A stretch of DNA of 64,000 bases from Candidatus Spongiisociaceae bacterium (GCA_965202665.1 OZ241841.1:1088001-1152000); one strand, 5' to 3'; positions 47,333 through 56,200 are shown, counted from the stretch's first letter. Translations and numbers: made by a program. The notes: generated by a model from the letters alone, not told the origin.

Positions 47333-48413
47333 GGCCCTGCGAGGGTTGCGCCGGGCATGGTCCAACCCGGTGTCTTTTTCTTTGGTGTTCGCCTTGGCCG
47401 TCGGGGCGGCCATCGTGCTGCTGACCGGCGGCAACCCGTTGCTGGCCTACCAGGAAATGTTTTCGGGGGCGATCGGGGAGTCGGGGTTGCGCAACACGTT
47501 GAACCAGGCGGTCCCCATCATCGGCATGGCTTTGGCGGTGTCGGTGGCTTTCCGGGCAGGGGTGATCAACCTGGGCGGGGAAGGGCAGATGGTGATGGGC
47601 GGCCTGGCCGGGGCCCTGGTGGCCATCTACCTGCCGGGGCCGGGGCCGGTGGTGATTCCGGTTGCGATGTTGGCCGGGGCGGCGGCCGGAATGGCGTGGG
47701 CCATGTTGCCCGCCTTCGGGCAAACCAGGTTGCGGTTGCCGATTCTGATCACCAGCCTGCTGCTCAACTACGTAGCCCGGGCGGTCACCGGCTACCTGGT
47801 GCGGTTCCCGTTCTTGGACGATTCGGTTACGCTGACTTCCACCCGCCAGATTCCGGCGACGGCCCGCATCCCCAAAACGGACCTGGCCGGCGGGGTGAGC
47901 CTGTCGCTGGTTCTGGTGGTGGTCCTGGGCGGGGCGGCTTGGCTGATCTACCGGCGGACGGTGGTCGGATACGAAACGCAGATGGCGGGGATGAACGGAA
48001 GTTTCGCCCGTTACGGCGGCATTCAGGTGGAGCGGCAAACGGTGGGGGTGATGGCGGCGGCCGGGGCGGTGGGGGGAATGATCGGAACCCATCTGATCAT
48101 AGGCGGCGCCTATCGTTTCATAGACGGGGAGCTGGTGCTGAGCGGGCTGGCCTGGACGGGGCTTTTGGTGTCGCTGTTGGCGGCCAACCGGCCCGCTTTC
48201 ATCCTGCTGGCCGGGTTGCTGTTCGCCGGATTGCAGATCGGCGGGCAGGCCATGCAACGCGAAGCGGGCGTTTCCTGGCGGCTGTCGCAGGTGTTGCAGG
48301 CGGTGATCATCGTGGCGGTGGCCAGCCGCCTGACTTTCCGCCGGTGGAAACGGGGCCCGCGTCCGGCGGAGTTGGAAACCGACCCCGCCGCCGCCCACGT
48401 CGGAGAAGTGTGA
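47325..48413 (+). CDS. ABC transporter permease (BPD_transp_2, nucleoside type)
   Basis: 'FRAGVINLGGEGQ', 'ITSLLLNY', 'FARYGGI', multiple TM segments. Confidence 0.92.
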   Translation: MDKALRGLRRAWSNPVSFSLVFALAVGAAIVLLTGGNPLLAYQEMFSGAIGESGLRNTLNQAVPIIGMALAVSVAFRAGVINLGGEGQMVMGGLAGALVAIYLPGPGPVVIPVAMLAGAAAGMAWAMLPAFGQTRLRLPILITSLLLNYVARAVTGYLVRFPFLDDSVTLTSTRQIPATARIPKTDLAGGVSLSLVLVVVLGGAAWLIYRRTVVGYETQMAGMNGSFARYGGIQVERQTVGVMAAAGAVGGMIGTHLIIGGAYRFIDGELVLSGLAWTGLLVSLLAANRPAFILLAGLLFAGLQIGGQAMQREAGVSWRLSQVLQAVIIVAVASRLTFRRWKRGPRPAELETDPAAAHVGEV

Positions 48414-49330
48414 TGTTCGACCAGCTGTTCGACGGTGCGCTGGTGGATTCGGTGTTCCGGGCCATGATCCCCATTTTGCTGGCCGCCCTGGGGGGGATGA
48501 TCTGCGAACGGGCCGGGGTTTTCCAGATTTCTTTGGAGGGGATGATGCTGGCCGGGGCGTTCGCGGCGGTGGGCGGCTCTTTTCTGGCGGCGGCCAGCGG
48601 GGTGGGGGTGGTGTTGGCGGTGGCGGCCGGGATGGCGGTGTCGCTGGTGTTGGCTTTCGGGGCGGTGAGCAGGCGGGGGGATCCGATTGTGCTGGGGATC
48701 GCCATCAACCTTATGGCCCTGGGGCTGACCGGGTTTCTCCTGCCGCAGATTTTCGATGTGCGGGGGGTGTTCGCCGACCCGCGGGTGGACGGGTTGAACA
48801 ACTTCGCCGTCCCGGTGCTGTCCGACATTCCGCTGGTGGGGCCAGCCCTGTTCGACAACACGCTCATCGCCTACCTGTCGCTCCTGCTGGTGGCGGGGAC
48901 CTGGGTGTTTCTGTTCCGAACCCCGCTGGGATTGCGGCTGCGGGGGGTGGGGGAACGGCCGCAGGCGGCCGAGTCGCTGGGGGTGAGCCCGGTGGTTTAC
49001 AAATACGGGGCGGTGCTGGCCTCCGGGGCGCTGTGCGGACTGGCCGGAGCGCAGCTGGCGCTGGGGAACGTGGTGCAGTTCGCCGAGAACATGTCCAGCG
49101 GACGGGGCTGGATCGCGGTGGTGGCGGTGATGCTGGGCCGGGCCCACCCGGCGGGGGTGCTGGGGGCCAGCCTGCTATTCGCCTTCGCCGAAGGCCTGGG
49201 GTTCCGGTTGCAGGGCAACGGCCTCCCCGTCCAAATCACCGACGCCCTCCCCTTCGTAGTAACCCTCATAGCCCTGGTCATAGCCCGCAAACGTTTCGCC
49301 CGCCTCCTAGACCTAACCACCTCCGCCTAA
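48413..49330 (+). CDS. ABC transporter permease (second subunit)
   Basis: TGATG coupling. 'ERAGV..I.LEG.ML.GAF', 'GLRLR.VGE.P.AA.SLG', 'GRGWIA'. Confidence 0.92.
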   Translation: MFDQLFDGALVDSVFRAMIPILLAALGGMICERAGVFQISLEGMMLAGAFAAVGGSFLAAASGVGVVLAVAAGMAVSLVLAFGAVSRRGDPIVLGIAINLMALGLTGFLLPQIFDVRGVFADPRVDGLNNFAVPVLSDIPLVGPALFDNTLIAYLSLLLVAGTWVFLFRTPLGLRLRGVGERPQAAESLGVSPVVYKYGAVLASGALCGLAGAQLALGNVVQFAENMSSGRGWIAVVAVMLGRAHPAGVLGASLLFAFAEGLGFRLQGNGLPVQITDALPFVVTLIALVIARKRFARLLDLTTSA

Positions 49331-49408
49331 AACCTCCCCAGCGAGGCGACAAAGGCTGGCACCGGCAACAATCAAACCAGGCTAAGCTCTGATGCAAGGA
49401 GGTACGCA

Positions 49409-49648
49409 ATGAACCAAACAACCGATGACCGCCAAGCGGTTCAGGCTTACATAGAGTCTATGCGAGAGGACTTCGAAAACGAACACCCCGGCACCGCGGA
49501 AGCCTTGCGGCTCCACGAGGATGCCATGAAACACTACCTTCCCGCCGCACGCGCCCTAGCGAAGCCGGTTTTTCGGGCGACGGTAGCCAGCTCTAACCCG
49601 CCTCCTCAAAGAGAATCCCACCGCATACGACCGGACGGCGGATTATGA
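49409..49648 (+). CDS. Hypothetical protein (79 aa), copy 1
   Basis: Strong AAGGAGG RBS. A near-identical copy begins at 50176. Confidence 0.7.
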   Translation: MNQTTDDRQAVQAYIESMREDFENEHPGTAEALRLHEDAMKHYLPAARALAKPVFRATVASSNPPPQRESHRIRPDGGL

Positions 49649-49821
49649 CGCCCGACGAACTGGCGGCTGGGCTGGCCGCCATTGTCCGGGAAACGGACGA
49701 GGGGCGTCCGAACAGGGACAACTGGGCGGCTGTCCGGGAACGGGCGGCGGCTAACCTGTCGCCCGCCGAACTGGCGGCGGCGCGGGCGGCGGTTCGGAAG
49801 GAACTGCGTAACCGAGAATGA
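49645..49821 (+). CDS. Small hypothetical helical protein (58 aa; not in the ORF track)
   Basis: ATGA overlap with the 79-aa ORF. MTPDELAAGLAAIVRETDEGRPNRDNWAAVRERAAANLSPAELAAARAAVRKELRNRE*. Confidence 0.5.
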   Translation: MTPDELAAGLAAIVRETDEGRPNRDNWAAVRERAAANLSPAELAAARAAVRKELRNRE

Positions 49822-49967
49822 TGGGCGGGCGACCATCTGGTCGGTTCCAATCCCCGGATGACGAAAGGTAGCGGCGGGGCACAGGACTCGGCGAATTCCC
49901 CGCCGGGCGGATGATTCCTGGATTCCCGCCGAACCGGGTCGCCGTTGGAAAGAGAGGTGGTTCAACC

Positions 49968-50174
49968 AAGTTCGGTCGGTCGGTGTAGCTGTGTGATTGC
50001 AACGCCGATGTGGAGTTCCCTGATCCTGGATGCGGGGTGCTTTTTACGGAGCAAGTCGCGTGTATAGCCTCGGAGCGGGCGCGGTTAACCACGCGGGCGG
50101 CCCAGGGTGGGCGACGAGGTAGATAAGCCGGGGGCGGACGGTGCCGGAGGAGATGGGTTGCGACTGGCATACCG
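49968..50174 (+). pseudogene. Degenerate ISL3-family transposase fragment (zinc-finger/HTH region)
   Basis: Across frameshifts and stops it reads FGRSV*L..QRR..PDPGCGVLFTEQVACIASERARLTTRAA / WATR*ISRGRTVPEEMGCDWHT, matching recalled ISL3 motifs (FGRPV.L.W.KRRW.C..C..FTE; LG.DWHT). Confidence 0.7.
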
Positions 50175-50175
50175 A

Positions 50176-50385
50176 ATGAACCAAACAACCGACGACCGCC
50201 AAGCGGTTCAGGCTTACATAGAGTCCATGCTAAAGGACTTCGAAAACGAACACCCCGGCACCGCGGAAGCCCTGCGGCTCCACGAGGATGCCATGAAACA
50301 TTACCTTCCCGCCACACGCGCCCTCGCGAAGCCGGTTTTTCGGGTGACGGCGGCCAACTCTAAGATGTGCCATCAAAGGGACTGA
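50176..50385 (+). CDS. Hypothetical protein, copy 2 (69 aa; possibly non-functional)
   Basis: Paralog of 49409 with no RBS and a different C-terminus that overlaps the convergent Schlafen-like gene. Confidence 0.45.
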   Translation: MNQTTDDRQAVQAYIESMLKDFENEHPGTAEALRLHEDAMKHYLPATRALAKPVFRVTAANSKMCHQRD

Positions 50386-51631
50386 AAGACTCATGGGTGC
50401 TTGGGGTTTGTTTTTCTTTCCACAGCCTTATGATAAATCGGTCTTCATCGGCTATCAGGTCAGGTTCGGTACCGTTGTGTTCCAACATATCGGGGATGAT
50501 CTTATTGCGAACTCCCATGCCGCGTGCTTCGGCGTATCCGTAGTCCCGCATAATATTTACTAGTGTCTGATTGCGCATATAACGGAACCCGGCTTTTATT
50601 TTTTCCACGGTTACGGTGTTGGGCAGGCGACCGGGGCTTTCTATCTCCATCCGGTCCGCATAGATGGTGAGGGTTATTTCAGTACCGGCGATAGTGTAGT
50701 CCCGATGCACCAGCGCGTTGATTACGGCCTCTCGTACAACATGCTCCGGATATTCCCACCGGTCGACCCTTTGCATTCCATCCAGAAAGGCGGTTGGAGT
50801 GGTATTGCGTCTTACGAAATCCCAGGCCTGCTCCGCCAAACCGGGTTCAACTAGGGTTCCGTTTTGCGCTTTCAGCGAAACCATCGGACCTTTGAGATAT
50901 TCATCAGCGTGGGTCGCGTAGTCGCGATCTGTGCCCGGATAACAAAACGCTCGGATTCCGGACTGTGGTAAAAACCGCTTGGGCTCTTTACCAAAAAGCA
51001 GCAATCCGTCTATTGTCGCAACAGACTGTCCCCTATATTCAGTCATAAGATTGATGTTTCGCAACAGCGGTTCCCACTCACTTATGTCATCCCACGATAG
51101 TGACTCATCCCCCAATATACGATTAAAGTATTCGTTTATACGTCTAATATCAAAAGAATTTATATCAGTGCCATATACTGGTTTCAATCCATAATTCAGC
51201 TGACCAGAGGCTTGAAATAATCTTTGCAACTCCTCGCGACTCGCTTTCTTATTGGTGCTACCAACTCGTATATAATATTCCTCATTTTTATTCTTGATAT
51301 AGGCATATGGCTTACTAATACCTGGTGCTATGTCAATGGCAAGCACATCTTTACCTGGTTCCACATCTCTGATCCATAAAAGGGTTGGGTTGGTCGGAGG
51401 ATCAATCCTATCTCGACATGTGTTAACCACCCATTCTCCTAAATTCTTGTCGGTAGTAACACCGGAAAGATTACGATCATCTTCCACTCCCAGGAAAATA
51501 TATCCGCCTTCATGATTTAGGAAGGAAACAACTTCTTTAGCCAATTTACCGGTGGACACATTTACATTTTTAAACTCCACCTTGGAGTTCTCGCCGTTAT
51601 GGAGAAACTCTAAGAATTCAATTTTGTTCAT
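50360..51631 (-). CDS. Schlafen/AlbA_2 domain plus HATPase_c_4 ('RecG C-terminal-like') domain protein
   Basis: 'GENSKVEFK', 'KEVVSFLN.EGG.I.LGV.DD', 'YYIRVGS', 'G.LLFG..P', 'REA..NALVHRDY', 'I.SPG.LP', 'RN..L', 'E.RG.G'. AGGAG RBS. Strongly AT-rich. Confidence 0.88.
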   Translation of the reverse strand: MNKIEFLEFLHNGENSKVEFKNVNVSTGKLAKEVVSFLNHEGGYIFLGVEDDRNLSGVTTDKNLGEWVVNTCRDRIDPPTNPTLLWIRDVEPGKDVLAIDIAPGISKPYAYIKNKNEEYYIRVGSTNKKASREELQRLFQASGQLNYGLKPVYGTDINSFDIRRINEYFNRILGDESLSWDDISEWEPLLRNINLMTEYRGQSVATIDGLLLFGKEPKRFLPQSGIRAFCYPGTDRDYATHADEYLKGPMVSLKAQNGTLVEPGLAEQAWDFVRRNTTPTAFLDGMQRVDRWEYPEHVVREAVINALVHRDYTIAGTEITLTIYADRMEIESPGRLPNTVTVEKIKAGFRYMRNQTLVNIMRDYGYAEARGMGVRNKIIPDMLEHNGTEPDLIADEDRFIIRLWKEKQTPSTHESFSPFDGTS

Positions 51632-51766
51632 GTTAGCAACTCCTACCGAAGCCTATTTCCCGGGGCGAACGCGTTGCGTGGGAACACCGCTACGGCGGGC
51701 GGCGTTCCCACGTTCGTCCGTCATTGTTGTAAGCGGAGGCGGCTATCAGCAACCGCCGCTTCCCGA

Positions 51767-52300
51767 TTAGCGATCGCCCGCCTCCCGATTTTCGATCTCC
51801 GCCTCCCGAATCTCGATCTCCGCCTCCCTATTCGCAATCGCCGCCTCCCTATTCGCAACCGTCGCGTCCCGAATCTCGATTGCCGCCTCCCTATTCGCAA
51901 CCGTCGCGTCCCGAATCTCGATTGCCGCCTCCCTATTCGCAATCGCCGCCTCCTGATTCGCAACCGTCGCGTCCCGATTCTCCACCGCCGCATCTCGAAC
52001 CTCAACCGCCGCCGCCCGAATCCCAACTATCTCGTCCCGAATCTCAACTATCGCGTCCCGGCTGGCAACCACCGCCTCCCGGGTAATATCCATCACCTCC
52101 CGCAATTCGGAAGTGGACGCTTTCAAATCGGCGGCGGGTGCTTTCAAATCGGCGAGGGACGCCATCAAACTGTCAGCGGCCGCGTCCAGGTTGGAGAACA
52201 CGGCATCTATACCGGCCGCGGTTTCCAGCAGGTTGCCGCCCGCCTTTCGGATGATGTCCGCCGGGTCGGTCGGGTCGGGGGTTCCATGGTCGTTCGTCAT
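51767..52300 (-). CDS. Heptad-repeat coiled-coil protein (ANREAAI / EIRDATV units)
   Basis: About 15 heptads. TAGGAT -10 box 7 nt before the ATG. Confidence 0.75.
   Translation of the reverse strand: MTNDHGTPDPTDPADIIRKAGGNLLETAAGIDAVFSNLDAAADSLMASLADLKAPAADLKASTSELREVMDITREAVVASRDAIVEIRDEIVGIRAAAVEVRDAAVENRDATVANQEAAIANREAAIEIRDATVANREAAIEIRDATVANREAAIANREAEIEIREAEIENREAGDR
51779..52093. repeat. Degenerate 21-bp tandem repeat, about 15 units
   Basis: Units such as CGCCTCCCTATTCGCAACCGT and CGCGTCCCGAATCTCGATTGC, with an exact 42-bp doublet around 51842-51925. Confidence 0.9.
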
Positions 52301-52538
52301 TTTTTCAATCCTATCCGGTTCGGGGGAGCGGAACCTGTCCGTCCCCGGCCTTTACGTTACTACCTTCCGTTCCGGTCGTCGCCCGTGCCCGAACGGGTGG
52401 CCCGGCAGTTACACGCCGCCATCCCGCGACCGGTGGCGTCAGCCCATGGTAACCGTCTGCCGCAGTTAGTTGTACCAGGGCTCTTCGCGTCCCGGATCGC
52501 CCGCTGGTTTGCCGCCTTGTTCGGGCACTGGCGGATCG

Positions 52539-52862
52539 TTATTCTTCTTCCGTTACCCGTTCGGTGGGAAACCCGGTTCGATTGTGTGCCGTCAGCTGGT
52601 CGGAGAACGGTTTGAAAACGTCCCGGGCGGCTTTCCGCAATGCTTGCCGGACAGCCGGACGGACGCTGTTGTAGTCGGAGCCAACCACGCTCCACACATC
52701 GTCCAAAACCATTTCGTAGGCAGCCGCAACTATCCCCTCCCGCACCGCCCGATGGATTATATCCTGCAGGTCGGCCACCGCGTCGGGAGTCGGCCCGCTC
52801 GTTGCCATATCGGTCATAGTGGGCTCTGGTTCGATCATCAACGGATCTTCGCCTACGGTCAT
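52539..52862 (-). CDS. Hypothetical protein (107 aa), paralog of 53003-53215
   Basis: 'DLQDIIHRAVREGI' aligns with 'DIRTIIERTVRDGI'. Purine-rich RBS. Confidence 0.65.
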   Translation of the reverse strand: MTVGEDPLMIEPEPTMTDMATSGPTPDAVADLQDIIHRAVREGIVAAAYEMVLDDVWSVVGSDYNSVRPAVRQALRKAARDVFKPFSDQLTAHNRTGFPTERVTEEE

Positions 52863-53002
52863 CTTTTACCTTTTCTCTCCAAGACGAGGGTTCCGCTGGG
52901 TTTTATTCTACTATAGGCGAATTTTTATATTGGGCGGAGTTTGACGAAGGAGGATGTTTCTATTCAATCCGGTCGGTTACCGGTCGCATATCCGTCCCGA
53001 CG

Positions 53003-53215
53003 CTAGCGGTGAATGTTGACCAAAGCCCGGCGGGCGGGGTTCCATTCGGCTTTGAAATTTTCAAACATCGCGTCGTGTACGGCGCCGGTTGCCGCTAAGG
53101 CGATACCGTCTCGAACTGTCCGCTCAATGATGGTGCGGATGTCTTCGGGTTCCGCCGGTTTCCGCCGTTTCCGCCACCACCGGGGGCGACGGGTCGCAAT
53201 CGAATTCTCGTTCAT
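53003..53215 (-). CDS. Hypothetical protein (70 aa)
   Basis: AAGGAG upstream. Homologous to the adjacent ORF. Confidence 0.6.
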   Translation of the reverse strand: MNENSIATRRPRWWRKRRKPAEPEDIRTIIERTVRDGIALAATGAVHDAMFENFKAEWNPARRALVNIHR

Positions 53216-53274
53216 CCTTGCGCTCCTTGCGGGGGTGTTCTGTCTGGTTTCTTCTTATTCTGCTTTCGGCGGGT

Positions 53275-56200
53275 TTAGCTGGGGGCGGAGTTTAGGGCTC
53301 TTACGAAGAAGGAGGCCATCTGGGCTCGGGTTACCGGCTCGTTCGGGCAGTAGCGGAGCGGGTCGGTGCTGCAACCCAGCGTTATCTCCGCCTGATACAG
53401 GCCCTCTATGGCCCGCACCACGTCCTCTGACAGGCCGGACACGTCTGTGAACAGGTTCTCCGCTTCGTCCACCGACTGCAGGTGGGAGAAAGCGGCTATC
53501 AGCATCACCGCCATGTCTGCCCGGGTTACCACCCCGCCCGGGTTGAACATTCCGTTGGGCGCGGAGAAGGCCCCGATGGAGGTCACCCAGTCCGCATACT
53601 GGCTGTACCAGGCCCCCGCCGGGACGTCCGTAAACTCAACGCCGGAAGGAGGCGGGGCCGGGGCGCCCGACCGTTCCACCACCGCCCGGTACAGGAAAGC
53701 GGACATCTGGCGGCGGGTGATGGACTGGCCGGGGCAGAAATTGCTGCGGTCATCGCAACCGCGGGTGATCCCCTCCTCGGCGATCACCTCGATGTTGTCC
53801 TCGTGGACGCTCCCTTCGTCATCCCGGAAAGTGCCCTCCCACGTCTCCGGTTCGGTCGGAGCAACCGGCTCGCCCGGAGCGGTCGGCTCAGCGGGCCCGG
53901 TCGGGGCGGTGGGGCCGGTGGGAGCAGTGGGGCCGGTCGGGGCGGTGGGGGCGGGCGGACCGGTGGGAGCGGTCGGCCTGCTGGGGGGCGGAGTTATCAC
54001 CCGGGTGCCGGTGGGCGGCGAGGGGGTGTCGTTGTCGGTGATGGTGATGGTTCCGCCCCGGCTGTTCACTGTCACCCCGGAGGACTCCGGAACGGTCAGG
54101 CGAATGCCGAAGGACTCATTTTCCTCCACGTTGCGATCGTTGATGATGACCACGGTGAAAGTCTGGGTTTCGCCTTCGGTTCCGACGAAGTTCAACGCCT
54201 GGTTGGTGACCGCCTGGTAGTCATTCCCGGCGGTCGCGGTGCCGTTCACGGTGGAAGCCCGGGCGGTGAACCCGCTGTCCGGAATGCCGGTCAGGCGAAC
54301 GGAGATCGTCACCCTCCCTGCGTTTTCCTGCACCGTCTGGTTGCCGATGCTCAACTCGGGCACCGCATCGTCGTCCACGATCCGCAAACTGGTGGGGGTG
54401 ACCGTGAACCCGCCGGCCGTACCGGTCACCGCGATCCGTTCGATGGATTCCCGGTCGGCGTCGTCTCTGATGACCACGGTGAACGTCCCCGCCGTGGTCG
54501 ACTCGCGCTCCCGGGCGGGAATAGTGACCGTAAACGGGCTGGGAACCGTAAGGCTGTCGAAGTCGGTTCCGACGGTGGCGGAAGTATTGCCTCCGCTCGA
54601 GACCACCATCACGGTGACCGTGGTGGCGGTGGTCAGCACGGCCGAACCGGCCGGGAAGTTGGCTTTCACCCCGATGGTCTGGGGGGCGGTGCCCACGTTT
54701 TCCATCACGCCGTTCGCCGGGTCCACCGTCAACTCGATGCGGGTGGGGGCCGTGTCGTCGTCCGTCACCGTCACCGTGGCGTTCACAACCGCCATATCGG
54801 TGGCGGTCCCGCTGATCGTCCAGGTGCCGCCGCCTTCCCCGAACACGTTGTCGTCCCGCACGCTCACCAAAACATCGGTGGTTCCGGTCCTGCTCCCGGC
54901 GGGGATGTTGATGGTCCCGTTGGCGGTAACGGCGTCCCCGCCGGCGGTGGTGTAATGGGTGGTTACCGTCAGGTTGACGGTAACTCCGCTGGTAGGCAAC
55001 ACCGCATCGTTGGGAATGGCGGCCTGTATCCGCAACCGGGCGGAGCCGGCCCCTTCCGAAATGGTGCTCTGTATCCCGCCGGTGGAAACGTCGGTGTCCA
55101 CCGACAGGTTGATGATGGCCCGGTCGGTGAGGGACAAATCGACGGAGTCCGAACGGGAAGAGCCGTCCACGGTGGCCGTCCCGGACACTTTCGCCTTCTC
55201 GGTTCCTTCGTCCCGTCCGTCCATCGGAGCGGTCACCTGGAAAGTTCCGGTGCCGCTGATCTGCCCGGCGGCAATGTTGACGGTGAGCGAAGTGGGGTTG
55301 GCGGTGAAGTCGTCGGCGCTTCCGCTCCCCAGGCTGGCCGCGTCCGTTCCGTCGCCGCTGGCCACCGTCACCGCCACCGCGGTGGCGGAGGTGCGGGTGG
55401 AGCGGGTGACCCGGGTGTCGCCGGTGTAGCGGGCGGTGACGGTTATGGTGTGGGCGGCGGCCCGTTCCACCACCGTCCCCGGCGACAGGGAAAGTTCAAT
55501 GTCGCCGTCGGCGTCCGTCACCGGCAGGGAAACGGCGGTGGCGGACCCCAGCGGGGACGACCCGCCCACCGACAATGTCTCTTGCCCTTCGCTGACCGTG
55601 TCATGATTGACGCTCAACCCGGCCAACGTCCCGGCGGTGGCGCTGCTGGTGGTCCCGGCGGGGATGGTCACCCGGTTGGGCGTGGAAGGGGAGTACCGGA
55701 AGTCGCCGGAGGATAAGGTGGCGGTTCCGTCCGCCGCCGACAGGGTGATCATCAAATCGGAGGTGATCTGCGACGAAGTGGTTCCCGACTTGTAGGCGGC
55801 GGACACCATCACCCCGGAACCGTTGCCGCCTTCGCTCACGGAAGTGTTGGAGGGAATGGACAGCACCACCTGCGCATCGTCGTCGGCGATGGACAGCAAA
55901 ACCCCGGTCACGTCCAACCCGGCGGCGGTCCCGCCCACCTGCACCTTTTCGGTTTCTTCAGCGGCGGCGTCGTTGGTGATCGTCAAATTGGTGAGGGCGA
56001 CCCCGGAGCTGCTGGTGGAACCAGCCGGGATGGTGACCGTAATGGCCGTTCCCGGAGCGGTGAAGTCGGCCGCTTGGGCGGTGGCCTGGGAGGAGGCCAC
56101 GCTGTAAGTCAGGCTGACAACGGTGTTGGCGGCGATAACGGAGGAGGTCCCGGCGAAGCGGGCGGTAATACTGGCGTCCCCGGCGTTGCCATCGGCCTCC

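Larger units (their letters stand above)
49408..50363 (+). repeat. 189-bp direct repeat (49408-49596 and 50175-50363)
   Basis: Ungapped alignment from AATGAACCAAACAACCGA to CTCTAA with scattered substitutions. Confidence 0.92.

Noticed and set aside
49408-50363. The 189-bp repeat pair as a DGR template/variable repeat
   Set aside because: The mismatches are not restricted to adenines (many are C/T transitions), and there is no reverse transcriptase in the window.
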